A stretch of DNA of 43,164 nucleotides. Source: Candidatus Latescibacterota bacterium. GTDB lineage: Bacteria > Hydrothermota > Tepidihabitantia > Tepidihabitantales > CAIPLT01. The stretch covers positions 1 to 43,164 of the forward strand of contig JAGXRL010000044.1 in the NCBI GenBank assembly GCA_018335915.1, in the 5' to 3' direction. A model generated the notes under the pieces. That model had not been told where the DNA came from, did not search any database, and saw only the letters and a list, made by a program, of their open reading frames with translations. Both the position numbers and the translations under genes were made by a program. Numbering within the stretch: position 1 is the stretch's first letter; the number at the start of each line of letters is the position of its first letter. Of the stretch, positions 42,937 through 43,164 are shown in pieces.

Positions 42937-42960
42937 CTCAAAACTCAAAATTCAAAATTC
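42937..42960. repeat. AAAACTC/AAAATTC heptamer tandem repeat
   Basis: CTC AAAACTC AAAATTC AAAATTC lies immediately after the stop at 42934-42936 and 8 nt before the next ATG. Confidence 0.7.
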
Positions 42961-42968
42961 TGGTTAAA

Positions 42969-43164
42969 ATGTTAGCAAATATAATAATAATTATTCCTTT
43001 ATTATTCTCGCAGCAGTATTCCCGAATCGTGATTAATGAAGTAATGGCAAATCCAAGAGGAGTAACTGGTGCCGGTTATCCGGAAGACCGTAATGAGTTT
43101 GTCGAACTGTTTAATGTGAGTCAGGAAACAGTCGATGTTTGTGGATGGCGCATTACGGATTTTG
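42969..43164 (+). CDS. Lamin-tail-domain (LTD) protein, 5' fragment (runs off the window)
   Basis: This ORF is not in the track because it is open to the window end. MLANIIIIIPLLFSQQYSRIVINEVMANP...NEFVELFNVSQETVDVCGWRITDF matches the LTD signature INE.M.NP...NEF.EL.N......L.GW. Confidence 0.7.
   Translation, partial: MLANIIIIIPLLFSQQYSRIVINEVMANPRGVTGAGYPEDRNEFVELFNVSQETVDVCGWRITDF

Noticed and set aside
1-43164. A search for tRNA, rRNA, tmRNA, RNase P or SRP RNA, and for transposase, integrase or phage genes
   Set aside because: By eye I found no T-loop (GGTTCGAATCC-like) or other signature, and no ORF with DDE, tyrosine-recombinase or serine-recombinase motifs. None is reported.

Overview
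The window is a gene-dense chromosomal segment of about 43 kb, probably from an uncultivated Gram-negative bacterium of the FCB / type IX secretion (T9SS) lineage. That placement is inferred from two giant secreted proteins ending in the T9SS-type C-terminal sorting signal ...KLIVQ and from a PorV/PorQ-like barrel.

Confident housekeeping genes are purA, hypB, tldD/pmbA, guaA, pdxA and ppdK. Envelope genes are mixed among them:
- a signal-peptide protein fusing a HExxH peptidase, PD40 beta-propeller repeats and an Omp85 barrel
- a lipoprotein translationally coupled to a processive GT2 synthase
- a GT4 gene followed by an ABC-2 exporter
- a transglutaminase-like protein
- a DUF2089/DUF4097 pair
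- two MFS transporters

I found no rRNA, tRNA, CRISPR array, transposase or integrase.

The noncoding layer is the most unusual part:
1. The two T9SS cargo paralogs are each bracketed by a roughly 140-nt conserved 5' leader carrying a conserved 16-codon uORF, and by a conserved multi-hairpin 3' module.
2. Several families of short dispersed repeats sit between genes: AT-rich palindromic elements of about 110 nt, CACAGAG/CACAAAG arrays, AAAATTC heptamers and TATCAAT arrays. One of these lies in frame inside a CDS.
3. Operon-first genes are repeatedly placed 5-7 nt after a near-consensus -10 box with no Shine-Dalgarno sequence, which suggests leaderless mRNAs.
4. A visibly low-GC islet carries a GNAT gene that overlaps a small basic coiled-coil gene.

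All functional calls rest on motif recognition by eye. No database search was run.
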